The notes: generated by a model not told the origin, from the letters alone. Shown: positions 25,553 through 41,275, counted from the whole stretch's first letter. The stretch is DNA of 63,694 nucleotides, filler included, from Octopus bimaculoides (GCF_001194135.2; 4 parts of 4 records of this genome joined end to end with filler, not necessarily neighbours in it); one strand, 5' to 3'. Numbers and translations: made by a program.

Positions 25553-26660
25553 TCAAGAGAAACCGGAATTTTGCAATATTATTTTCTTCTCTTAGTTTTA
25601 CATATTTACACTTTTATTGCCTTCAAAGTATTCTCCATTTGAAGCAATGCATCTGTCCAGACGCGTTTTCCACTGTTCGAAGCAATCCTAGAACGCTTGC
25701 GATATGATGCCTTTTAAAACTTCCGTCGTTTTTTTTTTCTTCACCTCTTCCACATTTGCAAAACGTTTTCCTTTGAGGACGTTTTTCATTCGAGAGAACA
25801 AAACAAAAGTTGCAAAGAGCAAGATCGGAGTTATGCTATTTTTGGTCAAAAACTGTCTTACACTCAAGGTGGTGTGTGAAGAAACATCCTCTCCACTTTG
25901 CCACTGGTCGGAACGTTTTCCTCTGTCCGTGTCTCGCAAACGCTTCAGAACTGCCAAGTAAAATGTCTGATTAAAAGTTTGACCAGGTGGAACAAATACT
26001 GTGTGGACAATTCCTTTTCGCATCAATGAAACAAATCAGCATCTTCTTGATATTGAACTTCATTTGATGCACTTTTTGGAGGACGTGGTAACATTGAATG
26101 TTCCCATTGACTTCATTGATGCTTCGTTTCCTGGTCGTAGCCGTAGCACCAGTGTTCATCGCCAGGTTCTGATCAATGTCTAACTGTTCCTTCAGTTAAC
26201 CACACGCATTCAGTCGTGACTGCTTTTGATCTTCCGCGAGCAAGTGAGGCACAAATTTCGCTTCAACTCTTTTCATTCACAATTCGTCGCTAAAAATTCG
26301 TTCGGAGGAACTCCAGGACACACCACTCATATCAACAAGCTCGTCAAATGTTCTGTGAAGGACCTCCAATATCAGTTCATGAATTTTGACGTTTTCATTC
26401 GTTCGGGAGGCTGATGGTTGCCCTGAACGTGGTTGATGAAACACACTCGTGAGCTTGTTTTGCTCATCGTAGCGTCCTTGTAAGCTGTTTGAAGCATGAG
26501 AACTGTTTCGGCCGCCGTTTTCCTCAGCAGAAACCAGAATTCCACAGAGGCACGCTGTTCCTTCGGTTCATCCATTGCAAAAACCGACGAACTGAGAGGA
26601 AGCACTACAAAAAGAGGAAGCACTACAAAACATGTATGTACGTATATACACACACACGCA
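25553..26660 (-). mobile_element. Degraded mariner (irritans-like) element
   Basis: MDEPKEQRASVEFWFLLRKTAAETVLMLQTAYKD (HTH); KGIVHTVFVPPGQTFNQTFYLAVLKRLR; KGKRFANVEEVK...CFEQWKTRLDRCIASNGEYFEG. Contains internal deletions and stops. Confidence 0.85.
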
Positions 26661-27573
26661 TACACACACAGTGACACATACTGACACACATATTTACATA
26701 ATTGGTATGAATTTTTATGAGCACGTCTAAGAGACTATCCTTAAATGAGTAAAAAATCATAACCTTTATAAATGACATATTTCTAATGACAGTTATCTAT
26801 AGTAATATACCAAAATAATTACCTTGTTTACCTTACCCCACGGAAAGAATAGAAAGTAAACTGGAGTGTAACATATTGTTTTTGTTTTCTTATGTAATAT
26901 TCTTTTATTCGTTTCAGCCATGCAGCTACGGTCATATTGGAGCACCGTCGTGGAGAAATGATATTTCTCAAGCGAAATCAAACCGCCGCAGTGAGCTCAC
27001 GAAATCCTAACACTAGACCACTAACCTTTTCACCTGTAGCTTATCGATATCACATATTTTGGTTGAAAGTCCGATTCTTTTTATAATTTACTTTTGATAC
27101 GTCTAGCCTAAATTTCGAAATTGAAATAAACCATGTAATTTAACAAAAAGCCTCCGACAATTGAATTTATACCAAAAACCTTATAAACATATTTTCTTTT
27201 ATGAAACACTAAACATTATCTTTTTCAGCTTATAATACCTCTTTTCAAATATTTTAATAGAATTTACTTTGATTTGTTGTGCTAAAATTTGTTTGGTAAT
27301 GTTTGTTGGTGTTTTGTATTATTTTGATTTAATTTTATGAAACAAAATACGCCTCTGTCATTTCTCATTGGATTTTAGTTTCCATCTTCAGAGAATTGAT
27401 ATGTGTTTTTTGCTTGTTTTCTTTTTTTTTTCTGTGCATATATATTGTATATATTTCACTGGAAGTTTGTATATGTATGTATATATGTATGCACTCTGTT
27501 CATAACTAAGAAAACAAGAATTATATCCGTGCGTATATGTATACATATATAATCATATACATATATAATCATA

Positions 27574-27613
<40 letters not shown>

Positions 27614-27841
27614 TGTGTGTGTGTACGCTCACATATGAGTGTGAGTGTACGTAGAGAATTGTAATCTCGGTTGTCCATACACATTCACACACACATATAG
27701 ATAACGCTGAATATCTGTGTATTAGGCAATGATATACATATATTTCTGTGTGTATGTGTGTGTGCTTGTGTACACAAATATGTACATTCTTTTGTCATGT
27801 CTGTATTTGTGAGTATATGTGTCGGTGATTTATAAGTCTGC

Positions 27842-27844
<3 letters not shown>

Positions 27845-27918
<74 letters not shown>

Positions 27919-27933
27919 TATGTATATACGTGT

Positions 27934-27982
<49 letters not shown>

Positions 27983-28015
27983 CAGTAGTAGTAGTAGTAG
28001 TAGTAGAAGAAGAAG
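27845..28015. repeat. (TA)n followed by (GTA)n microsatellite
   Basis: Direct inspection. Confidence 0.95.
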
Positions 28016-28394
28016 AACGCTTCTGAAGAAGCCCATTTTCTCCTATATTAGGAAAAGTTATTGCATTACTATGATAATACTGTTACTATTTTATAAATTA
28101 ATTTTTAAATAGATGTGTCTTGGCTATCGCAATGCTGTAGCCTTTTGAAAGCTTTTAAAAACCTATGCTGCTGTCAGACTGCTCTATAGAAGATTTTAAA
28201 ATGTATAATAGTATCATTAATACTTATTGTAATAATATACCTTTCTCTCCGACTATCCTCAGTTTTTTTTCCTTTGTTTTACCTAATTTTCCTTTCTCTT
28301 TCGCTCCTATCGTATGTATATGTGTCTATGTATGCATGCATACAAACGCACTCATATATATGTGTGTGTGTGTGTATGAATGCATATATACGCA

Positions 28395-28485
<91 letters not shown>

Positions 28486-28654
28486 ATTAATATTTCTAGG
28501 TCTCTCTAAAGGAGACTACGGCAGCGGTACTGGAAATTAATAGTTATTGCCAAGCCAACATGGCAGTCCCAAAATTAGGACGAAAGCTGCCGTGAATTAG
28601 CTCCAAGAAGCCATCGCCTCTAGCTAGCTATGTGTGTGTGTCCAAAATGGAGAC

Positions 28655-29000
28655 GAATACCAGTTTCTCCATGTAATCGTCTTGAAAAGTTTTCTTGATC
28701 TGAAACCAATGGTAGCATTAATGTCGGTTACGATGAGGAGGGTCACAGCTGATACGATCGAGTGGACAGCTTGCTCGTGAAATCAATGTGCAAGTGGCTG
28801 AGCACTCCACGAACACATGTACTCTTAACGTAGTTTTCAAGGAGATTCAGCGTGACAAGGCTAGGCCTTTGAAATACAGGTACTCTTCATTTTTGCCAGC
28901 TGAGTGGACTGGAGCAACGTGAAATAAAGTGTCTTGCTCAAAGACACAACGCGTCGATAGGAATTGAAATAACGACCTTACGATCGTGAGAGAAATACCC
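28655..29000 (-). mobile_element. tRNA-derived SINE, same family as 4951-5200
   Basis: Reverse complement of the same core (catttttgccagctgagtggactggagcaacgtgaaataaagtgtcttgctcaa). Confidence 0.7.
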
Positions 29001-29689
29001 TAGCACTGGTATCCTTAATGCACAAATAAAGAATCGTTATCCACCAATGCGGTCTTGAGCACTCATTCTCATTGTTCAACATTTACGCGTATAAACGTAT
29101 GTATATATACATGTGTGTGCGTGCGTGCATGTACGTATGTGTGTGTGAGACTGTGTCTTCATATATATATATCTGAAGGCTTTAAACAAAGTGACGAGAT
29201 GCTATAATGGAGTATTGTCAAAGACGTGTAAATCACTAATTAAAAGACTGTACAATACATTCATGTTGTGGGGTATGAATATGTTTTATATAGAATAAAT
29301 AGCTACGCTGCTGTGTAGGTTCATAACCCTGAAAAATATCTCCTCATTTCAATGTACTTGAATGAGATACTATTTATTGAGATGTGAACTATACCCTCCC
29401 TATTAGTTTCCCGTTTCCCTTCATCATTCGAACGGTAACATTTGTAAATAGTATATTTTATTCGTAAAAACTTAATACCGATAAAAACTATATAAATAAA
29501 GAACCTGAACTGCTAAGTACCAATCCAAGCACAAAGATTGTTGTGTTGTCAGTTTTTTGTTTCTTTAATTTAGGCTTACCATAAACTCTGGATGCATGGA
29601 AATATCACTAATCTTCACCTCCTTTTCTTGTTTGTTTTTCCCTGATTCAATAGGACTTTACGGTCACTCTGTAGTAGTGTTTCATGATC

Positions 29690-29925
29690 AATCATAAAAT
29701 AGAATCAACCCTAATCGATCAAACCTAATGATCCCGAAAGGATAGAAGGCAAGGCCGGCCCCCGGCAGCTTTTGAATTCAGGAAATAAAGTCGGAAGAAA
29801 TGCCACTAAGTATTTTCTCCGGCACTGCAAAGATTCTGCCAGCTTGCCTTCTAACTCGAATTTACAATATTGGTTTTACATTTTGGCACAAAGCCAGAAA
29901 TTTCGGGTGGTGACAAATCCTAATC
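29690..29925 (-). mobile_element. Diverged Nin-like-core SINE
   Basis: cccgaaaggatagaaggcaagg...ttttgaattcagga...ctaagtattttctccggcactgcaaagattctgccagc. Confidence 0.55.
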
Positions 29926-32454
29926 TTATTTCTCCCATAAATTTTGCAAAATATAATTCTTAAACTAAATTCATTTTACGATATTACATTTACTGATGCT
30001 GTCTTCTACTGCAAAAACAGTACTAAATAAATTATCTGGTAATTCTCGATTTATTCTTCTGGGGCATTTAAAGGACTTTGCCCCACTACATGTTTTGTGA
30101 GCAAACAGTTTAGACTAATGTTTATCCACACTAAACGCAGTGTAAATGGTATTAACCCGAGGTTAATTATTCCTCATTGAATTTGACCAAAAATCACGCT
30201 CATTATACAGCATGTTCAGTTTCCTTGGACCTTTCCATGCACAATGCAGACACTTTATTAAGAAAAAACATGTATTGATTATGTATAAAGCCTTTTTGTC
30301 TTTCCTATAAGTTAAAATATTTCTGCTCTTCAAAACATGTCCGTACTTAACCCACCTAAATCCCGTCAATGGGTATGTTTCATTTTCGCATCATCCTAAA
30401 TTAAACTATTCTATACTAAACCATTTAACTAAACTATCTATTTCAGAAAAATATTCACTCGTAATTCACAACCGTCACTTGTTTCTCTTGAGCTGCTAAC
30501 TTATTCAGTTTCAAAGAAAATATCAAGTGAAAATCATTAACATAGTTTATTTATTAGCCACTCTAAGATCCTCTACGAGGTCATTCATTCAGATAGAATT
30601 AGCCGCCTAATTTCCATCAGAATTCCTCCAACTATCTTAAAATAAAGACGCAATAGATAATTAATATTTGGGTACATGATACTATGAATAATTGAGATAG
30701 ATAAATCGATGCTCATAAGTAGAATGACGTTTGAACTTTATTAAGCAACTGCATATGGGGTATAAGGCTTCTCGAACAGATCTGAACTGAGGCTAAACAA
30801 TAATATCACCTATTTACCGTTTTCTCTTTGTATTGAAAAGACTGAACTGGATTTGTAAATTTCCATTCAGACTTTGTGGTTATTGTTAACATTTCTAATT
30901 TAAATAAAACATCTTATTATTAGAAATCATACAGACTTATTTTGGCTCCTTTCTGTCTGAATTGTATACAATATTCATATTTCAAAATTTTAATGTCAGC
31001 TTATGTGTTAGAAAGTGAATCATTGGAAAAGTCAGTTTTTACTTTCCAAACAAATGTAGTCTAGCCAGAAGCAAGCATCTTTTTCTTGTCTACTTTTAAA
31101 TTTGTTTCATTATAGAGCACTTTATTTGCTAAGAGACAATGAAAGTTTTATCCTTATCTTTAAATTCATTATGATTTACTTTATTTTGTGCTTTCTTTTT
31201 CTAGAATTTGTGTAAGTTGTTTATAACTAACATTAGGAAAAGTCTTGATTGCAAATGTTATGATCAAATAGTACAATATCTTTTGATTTTAATTGACTAG
31301 ACAGATTATATTTCTATTCACATGAAATTAACAAATATTTTCATTATATGATATTGTGTCAGGATATATCTTTACATTTCTCTGACTACTATTTCAGTTT
31401 TAGCTTGTTTCATCAACTCCTCCGCTTCATTTCATCAAAAGAGACATAATTCACTTTTAAATTAAACATACGTTCTAAAGACGGTGAAAAATGAGGCTGT
31501 ATGAAATTCCTGCCTTTCCAATTATGCTGTTTTGTTGTTTAACTCATATCATACCTAACTGAACTAACCCATGTTTACAGGCAATAAAACCGAACTCGTC
31601 CTTTCAAAAGCCCAGTTTTCTGTATTTAATAATGTAATGTAAAGCGTATGCACGAGTTGTCTCTCTTTATACAAAATATTGAATTGTAACATAATATATT
31701 GAACGAAGTCTTTGAATACGGTTTCTATCATTACTTCGTACTGCAGAGTATATAATAGATCTAATACAGGAAACGCTTTAATGAGACATCAATTTGTCCA
31801 TCGCAAACAAGTCAACACTTACACCCAGATGAATTGCAAATTTTAGCACTCCTGACTAAAGAATGCCATATTTCTTGAAACAACTGACTGATTTAAAGAT
31901 TGAAGCTACTCGAAAATAAAATGCTAATCGCATGAAATAGCAATATTCTAAGAGATAGCACTAAACCTATTATTACAAATGAATGATAGCATATTAAACA
32001 TTTTATCTTAGTGAATAGAATTATTCTTGCAAAACTGAGAGCAGAAAGGAGCTAGTTCAACTGTTTCCAATAAGTGTTTTCTTTTTGTGATGGTGGTGGT
32101 TGGAGTATTGAATTAACCCCCGTAGAATGGCCTTCAAGAGGTGTATTTTTCGTGGGTGTATAAATCGGATAAATACAATCAATTGTCGATTATTTCTTTC
32201 AGTTTTACTAAAACTTGTGGCTTAAGCAGAGGATTTTTTATGCCATTCATTTTAGGACTAACAATCACTCAGTACAAACTTAGACTACAATTGAAGCATT
32301 AAAACCTTGCCGAACTGTTATTGCTATGCGAGGTGATTTACTCACTAAACCATTTCAAAGCAAAGTTGTGATAATCAACAATGTAACTCAGTTACCAAAA
32401 TAATAGAAAAGTTCAAAGTTCAACATTAGGTATGTAGTTACATATAGAGCATAA

Positions 32455-33644
32455 TCCCTCTAAATGAAATTCTTTGTCTGTCTGTTCCCTATACATTCTC
32501 AAACGGCTCCACCAAATCAAATCAAATTTTACAAGGTAATATTATTAATCACCGCGAGTGTCAACAAGTAATTTTTTTCATTTGCATTATAACAAAATAA
32601 CATTTTCTCGAGTATAATCTTTCTATAGTCAAGTATAGTACAGGACATTTTGTATCATGATGACTACGACGACGTCACATTTTGTATATGAGTGTGTGAC
32701 TGTGACTGTCTATGTAGTCTTGTATATGAGTGTGTAGACTTGTATATGAGTGTGTGATTGTGTGTGTGTGTTTGCGCATTTGTTACGTAAATGTATGTCT
32801 GTGTGTGTCTGTCTTAGTATATGCATGTGAGTGTATTTGAGAGTGTATGTGTGTGTCAGTGTATAGCGTGTGTGAGTGTATGTGCGATTGTCAATCACTG
32901 TGATGTAAACTGGCTATGTGAAAGAGCTATGCTGGCTCCAACTAATGAAATAGTTAATAAACACTATCATGAACATCAAAAGTTAACAGATACATCAGAA
33001 ATGACACCAATTCACACAACAGTCGATCAAGATCAGGTTGTTCAATACCCTGTTGAATTTCCGAACATACTGGGATGCTACTGCATAACTTGACACTAAA
33101 GCTGAATGCTCCCATTACGTTGCTTAGGAATCTTGATCAACCTCGTCTGTGTAATATAACTTGTGTAATTGTTACTTCCATCAAACCCCATGTCCTACAG
33201 GCAACAATTATAATAGGTAGTCACAAAGAAGATAATGTCTTTATTTTAAAATTTCCACTTCCAATTAAGAGGCTTCGGTTTCCAGTCAAATTATGTCATG
33301 GTATTTCAATTAACAAATCTCACGATCACTCCCTCAAGGTAGCTGGACCTCATCTCTCTACTACGTTTCTCCCACAGCTAACTTTATGCTGGTTACTCAC
33401 GAGTTGGAAGCAGCAATAATTTATTCATTTGGACACCGACAAAAAATTACACAATGAATATTGTTTACCCTGGAGTGCTGCAGGATTGATAGATTTTCAA
33501 TTTTCAATTTTATTATCATTACGATTTAGATATTTTTTAATAAAATATATTTTGAAATAATTATGAAAAAAATATATATCTTCATATTTATTGTTTACTA
33601 ATCCGAACAACAATGACCCGGGCAACACCGGGTAATTCGGCTAG
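32455..33644 (+). mobile_element. Internally deleted Helitron with PIF1-like helicase remnant
   Basis: WLCERAMLAPTNE...QYPVEF; HNLTLKLNAPITLLRNLDQPRLCN...RFPVKLCHGISINKS. The 3' end has hairpin ACCCGG-GCAACA-CCGGGT (33616-33633), then CTAG (33641-33644) followed by T. The 5' end is approximate. Confidence 0.85.
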
Positions 33645-36600
33645 TTATTTTATATATAAAATGCCATTGATCGAATGTAAAATTTGGGACTGTATTTTAT
33701 CTCTTAACAGTTGTCAATAGTATTCAAGTTGAATTATCACGAAGTCCCTTAATACCAAATTTCGCTAGCCCAACATCAAACTTTTACACCATTCGCTTTT
33801 TGAACACATAACTTACTGTTGCATTTAGTTGAAGATATGCTGTAGTGGATAGCAAATTCTCAAGATAAAAGGTAACCTAATCAAAGAAACTATCGTTGAA
33901 CCGAATATCTTACCATGGAGATTTTGAGCTGTAGTAACACAAAAATCTAAAACGAAAGCCACAAAACAAACATATTGCAGTTGATGTATCAAAAACTGTC
34001 AACATGTATATTCTCGATGCTTTACCAGTCTTTCATTGACTGGTAATTCCATCTAGCATTCATATTTTAGTGAATTCGTTATGATGTTTGCCTATTATCA
34101 ACTACCACAGGAGATTAAAGGCCGGTCTTACATTGCCTTTTGAGAGAATTGCATTAATATACAAGGCATTTTGTTGGGCTTTATGAAAGCAATGGCATGC
34201 TTACGTCGAGTGATGAACCAAATCATCTTAACAAATAATCCTAAGTCTTCTTAGGCATATTTAGATGATACATTTGTACGCAGTAACTCAACTTAAGATC
34301 ATTATGAAAATTTAGAAACATTTCTGTCATGTATGAATGAAATCTCTCAAAATAATTCTTTCTAATAAAACACGCCTTTTAGGGAAAATAAGTATCAATT
34401 TCACCAGTTATTGCATTCAAGGCTACAAAATAGTACCTGTTCCTGATAAAAGATTTTTGCTTTATTAATCAAGGTAATTTTATTAATTACATCTTTCTCT
34501 CTGCTTCTTAAAATGATCTTGAAAAATTTAATCGTTTGCTAGTTTATTATTACAAATAGGTGGCTTACGTTTCTGATAAATTGAAACACAATTCTACATT
34601 TCCTATTTCAAGACCCGGTCAGTGCTCCAGAAAATTATTTAAATCGTTATACAAAATACTTACCACCAGAAAACTATTAAAATCGTTATATAAAATATTT
34701 TCCTCCATACCCTCTTCTATTTGCAATCGTGGCCAACGTATTAGAACTTGCCTTGCCATAAGCATTTTCTCAAGGAGGGTGTCATATTGCTTTTCGCCCC
34801 CTGCCCCGTCTTATAGTGAATATCTATATCCTATTGAGAAGGAAGTTGCTCTGGCTGATGAGTAAAACCAGAGTAACTTCGTATTATCGTAACTACTTTC
34901 TGGAGAGACGGTTTACTCTCGTTACAGGCAAAGAAAGTAATCGATTTGAGAGTGACAACTCTATAAATAGACAATAAAAAAATGACAGATTGTATGCTTG
35001 AGGATGAATTTTCTTTCGTAGTTTCTGATACTTTCTATCGATATGGACATATATGTGATGTCTTGTCTCGAGTGTGTTGTTCTACTCAGCCAGAATGTAA
35101 TTTTCTTTGAGGTTTTTATCATTGATTGCATAATCAATGTGTTTGAAAATTTCTAAATTATAAGTAGACAATACATCGTTCATGTTCTATTAAAGATATT
35201 CGTAAAATATGTTATTATTGGCGAACATACGCTCAACTAAAACCTATTTTGCAATCCTACAGATCAACAGGTCGCAAGGATTTTGGAGCCAAGAAATCCA
35301 TACCATTCGACGTTATCGAATCTAAATATTTATTATCTCAAAACAAATATCTTTTAATGACAGCTGTTGGATACTCATGTTACCACTTTGCTTTTCTTGC
35401 GTTGATATCACGTCTCACATTGCCGTTCGATGTTTTCAAAGAACTACTCTCTAGCTGAAACAGCAGGTTTTATATATTCTACTAAAAGAACAGAATTTGT
35501 CTCAATGTGTGTGCCAAAGCTTTAAGGTAATAAGAAAATGTTCATAGCAAAACTATCCCCTATAACCCAGGAGACAATTCTCAACATAATTCGTATATTA
35601 ACATATAATTCGTACTTGCTAAGCAATGCTACTGAGACACCTCATAGCTGTTTGACTTTTTCTTTAGATACTGTCACTAGTTGGTGTTTTTCTCTTTCTT
35701 TCTCCTAATTCATCCTACTTCTATCCATATAAAAACAAAATATTTACGCACATGCCAGAGGGATCGGTTTGTAGAATAGTCTGAGTAACAACAAAATAGT
35801 GACAAATTTGCTTATGTTCGAAAAAGTAATGGAGCAGTAGATTTTATAATTTGGTTTTTACTTGCCATCTCAAGGAGAACAGGTTAAAATTTTAGGAAAA
35901 CAATTTACTACTTATGACTCAATATCACATTTCAATTTCGTTTCTTGTTCTTCATTCATTCAATGATAACACTATTTTCAAGAGAGAGACTCTTTAATTA
36001 ATGGTGATAGGGAAATTATTTATAGAGTGCTGCTATGCATATCGTGCCTTTTGATGAACTGCGTTGTTCAAAGTGAACTATCAAATCACCGGAAATACTT
36101 AATTTATAGCAATATTATTATGTTAAATAATATTAGCGTAAAATCTAATTTCAGATTGGCGTGATAGTATTGCTTTAAACAGTTACTAATTTTACAGTTT
36201 CAAAGTTCATTGTTTTTCTGAAGGGACAGTAAATATTGGGATTTCACTTTTCTTTAATACAGTAATACAACACGTAAGGGCAAGTTCGCTGTCTTACTTA
36301 AATCGGATATTAAGTTTAAACAGCGCTTGTTATATACAGTCTTGATATGCAGTGTCTATTATCATTATTTCTTACGACTGAGTACATGCATGACCACATT
36401 ATACAATACACCATTTTAAACTGTAATGTGTAATTCAATGGAGATATGGAAGCTGTAACTTGTCGGTCGAGCGACAGTGTAAAGATTCTATCATCGGTTA
36501 ATTTCGTACAGGTGTTCACAGATATGAATGAGGGAAACTTGCAACTATCAGAAATCAACACTGGATCGTAGAGTTGGAGTTTTCATTCGAGATATGCCTG

Positions 36601-37693
36601 CTTCAATTGCATATACAATAAATGCGTTTTCGAAGGTGGTTCTACGTGAATGTTCGATATATGCAAAGCAGCAGCCAGTTATATCTATCTTTATTATGTG
36701 ACTGCGTGGTTAAATGATAATTGAAAGTCATTGCGCCGCATAATATAAGATGATTAAATATGATTTTTTTTTTAATATCAATCAAATGCTTCAGTTAATT
36801 TGATGTCCCTGTGTTGGTCTGATTGCTTTTTGAGGTTATTTGATGTCGGTTATTCAGTGCACATGACGTTTGCATGCCTTTTCTAATGCAGTTGGTTGTG
36901 TTCGTGAGCATAGATGAATAGCGTAAGTAGTTAGGTTACTGAAAGCAGAATTGTTACTGCAATATGGATATAACAAGCGAAGAGAGGAAATCATATATGT
37001 GTATTAGAGGATGAAGGGTTGTTGAAAATAGAATTTTTAACAGGCTGTTGAAATGTGCTAGTGAGAATGTAATTTCTTGGAGTAACATTGCTGATTTAAC
37101 TCAGCAACAACGAGAAATCGTTTAGTCCAGGAACACTGATAACTAGTTTTAATAACTAGTTTTAACGTTTCACCTGAAAATTTACAGATTAAATTTGTGT
37201 ATATCCTGATCCTTATTGAAATAAATTCATATAAATAAATTAAAACGCCCCTGGATTTGTAATTACGATTATGATTAACGTGAGTATTTTTTTTTTTTAA
37301 TTAGTTTCACATATAACATTTGTCTATATAATTATCATTTCTGAGTTTAAGAAACTCTATATCACTATAGACAAAGCGTATCTTCCCGCTCAACCATGTG
37401 TTTTTTTAGGAATTTTAATAGACACCCAAATAGCAGAGTATTCTTACTGTCACAAATATTAAAATGGCATTCAGAGAAAAAGAAAAACGAATTTGAAGAG
37501 AATATTGAAGAAAGTAAATATAAACTTGTAGAAAAGAGAGTGAGCTAAAATGCTTTCTAACATTAAATCAACGTAAATTCTGACAGATAAAGCATAAAAG
37601 TAATAGGGTCTTCTCAAGAAAAATTTCCGTCCAAAGGAACAAATATTTTTCAGTGTTTGCGTTTTAGTCTTGATAAAGACTATAATTCAGTGA

Positions 37694-37696
37694 TAG

Positions 37697-37781
<85 letters not shown>
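37694..37781. repeat. (GATA)n microsatellite
   Basis: Direct inspection. Confidence 0.95.
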
Positions 37782-37782
<1 letters not shown>

Positions 37783-40190
37783 TGTGCCAAGTCAACAAGT
37801 AAGAAGGAAATGAATCGAGAAAAATTAAAAATTGGAGAAATTGGGAGAATAATAAATAATAAATGGTATAGGCAAATATTTTATTCCTGTTTTTCTTCCA
37901 TCTTCCATCTTCCTTCTTTCTACTAACCTTCATTTTGTTCCGTTTTGCTTTTCCTTTATTACTTGTGCATTAATCTTTTGCAAATTGTATGGTTTCAGCC
38001 AGAGATAAAGAGACGCATGGACGGACAGACAGAGAAACGTACGTCGTAAAAGAGAAATATATAATATATAATTAAATTTCTTGATATTTTCTCATAGTTG
38101 TTGTTGTTGTTGTTGTTGTTGTTGTTCCACTCTGAATGAGCAAAGCTACAACTACAGATTTTGAGAATAAACAGTCCACCAGGAATTAAATTGTCCAATG
38201 CATTCTTTATTTACTTAAAACGGTAGCGTGAAAGTTAAAGAATTAGTTTCCAGCTTCTAGTTGGCCAAATAACGACGTACGGCTATTTAGTTAGCTAGGA
38301 CTCAGTTCGTAATTGAAAGAGAGAGAGAGTTAGAAAGAGAGAGAGAGATAGAGAGAGAAACTTTCCTATTTACTAGTTATTGCTGAAGAAGACCATTACT
38401 AGTTTCCTCAAATCCCGGATTTTATTTAAATTATTTCCGATATTTGTACATATAAAAAATACTGACTTAAATTTCATTCAAATAGCGTTTATATATCTAG
38501 GAGAAATTTATTTTCCTTTCTTTTGTTTTTATTCATTGTCGTATTATTTAATATGGTTCCAAATATTTATTCCAGTTATATAAAGGAATCAGAGATGTGT
38601 GCATATCGCCATCATCTTAGTTGTACAATAACTACTCAACAAAAATTTGTTCTTTATAAAATATGATTGTATTTTCAACATGCATGCTCTCAGTCTACTT
38701 TGATTTGTTGTCTCCCCGTCGATGGAATTAATATGTTACATTCTGTTAAAAGAAAGTATCCTTTGACAATATTTTGCAGACCATCACACAAAGACTGGAG
38801 GAAATAAAATTATGCTTCTATTAAGTAACAATCAAATTGAGGGAAAATTCAACAAGTTATACAATAGGTTTCGAGTTCAAGATACCTCGTATTATTCGTT
38901 ATTAATAGGAAAATGGGAATTTTACTCTTTTAAAAAAAAATTAGGTTTGCAAGTGAGACAAAATAAACTTTTCTGCATGCGTCAATAAATGGGCCTCGAA
39001 AGAAATCTAGAATTTCTAAATGTGACTCGTGCAAAATATCGAGATAGCAATAATCTAGCATTGCTGATAAAATGCTATTTCATGAACTGTTCAATGAAAA
39101 AGACTACGAATACTCCAGAAGTGTTATTTTTCTCATATGAATTATGATTTATTCTTCTCGCCGATAAACATCTTAGAGACCTAAGGAAATCGAATCAAAA
39201 ATTCATCAAAATAGCCGACAGTTGAAAATGAGATTAAACTTAGTGATATATTGCTATAGTGAATGTTTCAGTAATGAAGTTGATTAGAAACTCATTCTCT
39301 GCAAAACAAAGAGAATGTCCACATCAGAATGAATTATATTATAAAAGTATTTTCGCCTTATGCACTATTTTAATCATCTTTAATAAGTGATACTCTGCCG
39401 CAATATTATTCTTGTACTTTCTGCTAAATTATATATATATATATATATNNNNNNNNNNNNNNNNNNNNNNNNNNNNNNNNNNNNNNNNNNNNNNNNNNNN
39501 NNNNNNNNNNNNNNNNNNNNNNNNNNNNNNNNNNNNNNNNNNNNNNNNNNNNNNNNNNNNNNNNNNNNNNNNNNNNNNNNNNNNNNNNNNNNNNNNNNNN
39601 NNNNNNNNNNNNNNNNNNNNNNNNNNNNNNNNNNNNNNNNNNNNNNNNNNNNNNNNNNNNNNNNNNNNNNNNNNNNNNNNNNNNNNNNNNNNNNNNNNNN
39701 NNNNNNNNNNNNNNNNNNNNNNNNNNNNNNNNNNNNNNNNNNNNNNNNNNNNNNNNNNNNNNNNNNNNNNNNNNNNNNNNNNNNNNNNNNNNNNNNNNNN
39801 NNNNNNNNNNNNNNNNNNNNNNNNNNNNNNNNNNNNNNNNNNNNNNNNNNNNNNNNNNNNNNNNNNNNNNNNNNNNNNNNNNNNNNNNNNNNNNNNNNNN
39901 NNNNNNNNNNNNNNNNNNNNNNNNNNNNNNNNNNNNNNNNNNNNNNNNNNNNNNNNNNNNNNNNNNNNNNNNNNNNNNNNNNNNNNNNNNNNNNNNNNNN
40001 NNNNNNNNNNNNNNNNNNNNNNNNNNNNCATCATCTAGGTATTTGTGCATATGTGTGTGTGTGCAGTATTTGGTGTTAGTGTATGCGCAGATTTTTATGT
40101 TTGTTTTATGGATGCGTTTTTATGTATGTATGTATGTATGTATGTATGTATGTATGTATATATGTATGTATGTATATGTGGGTGGGTGGG

Positions 40191-40229
<39 letters not shown>

Positions 40230-41275
40230 CCTCCTCATGTATAATAACAATAATAATTGACTCATTAATGTGCATGTATAGACATTTGTGTATGTACATC
40301 TAAATGTACATATATGTATTTATGTATTTATGTTTATTTATGTATATCTATATATGTTAAAGTATCCATATATATGTAAGTTTTTACGGTTTTTATAGTT
40401 TTATATTTTGATATTTTAAATTAACCTTATGAACTTTATAATATCTCTGAAGAGGCCTAGGGAATCATCCGTGTACCTCTATTTCATTTATTTCAACTAT
40501 TAATTATTTCAGCCTATTGGAGTTATATAGATAGAATGCGGCATGTCACCTCTAGACTGAAACAGCTGTAACTCATTATCCCATTTTCCATCACTAGATG
40601 TCCTTTTTTAATTACTGATATGACATAATATGTCACATGTGTTTGTATATTCTTATTATTGTCTTTTTAGTAAACAAATAAACAGGTAAATTGACACAAT
40701 ACAATGTCTTCAAGTTGATGAATACCACCGATTCCCTCCATTTTCTTATTGCTATATAAATAATGGTAAAATATATTTTTACCCGCACCCATTTATTGCA
40801 CTTGGTAATACAAAGGAAACACACTAGTGTAATAATAATTGGGTATTCTTCCGGCAGTATATTGGATAGATATTATCCCTTAGTGGGTTGGATTCACAAT
40901 CCCTAACTTCCTATGCTTATATATATATATATATNNNNNNNNNNNNNNNNNNNNNNNNNNNNNNNNNNNNNNNNNNNNNNNNNNNNNNNNNNNNNNNNNN
41001 NNNNNNNNNNNNNNNNNNNNNNNNNNNNNNNNNNNNNNNNNNNNNNNNNNNNNNNNNNNNNNNNNNNNNNNNNGAAGTACGACACAGGCAGAGATGTTTG
41101 CGGGCGGTGAATATAGGAAAATTCGGTCTTACCTATAGTTCAATACGGCAGTTTCCAACTTTTCAGATCATGTGCGTGAGCACGAGTCCGATTGGTCCTT
41201 TTCAGTTGACGACCGAAATTTCAAAATATTCATAACATCTCTGCCTGTTTACTCGTTTGAAAATCCGAGTCGAAA

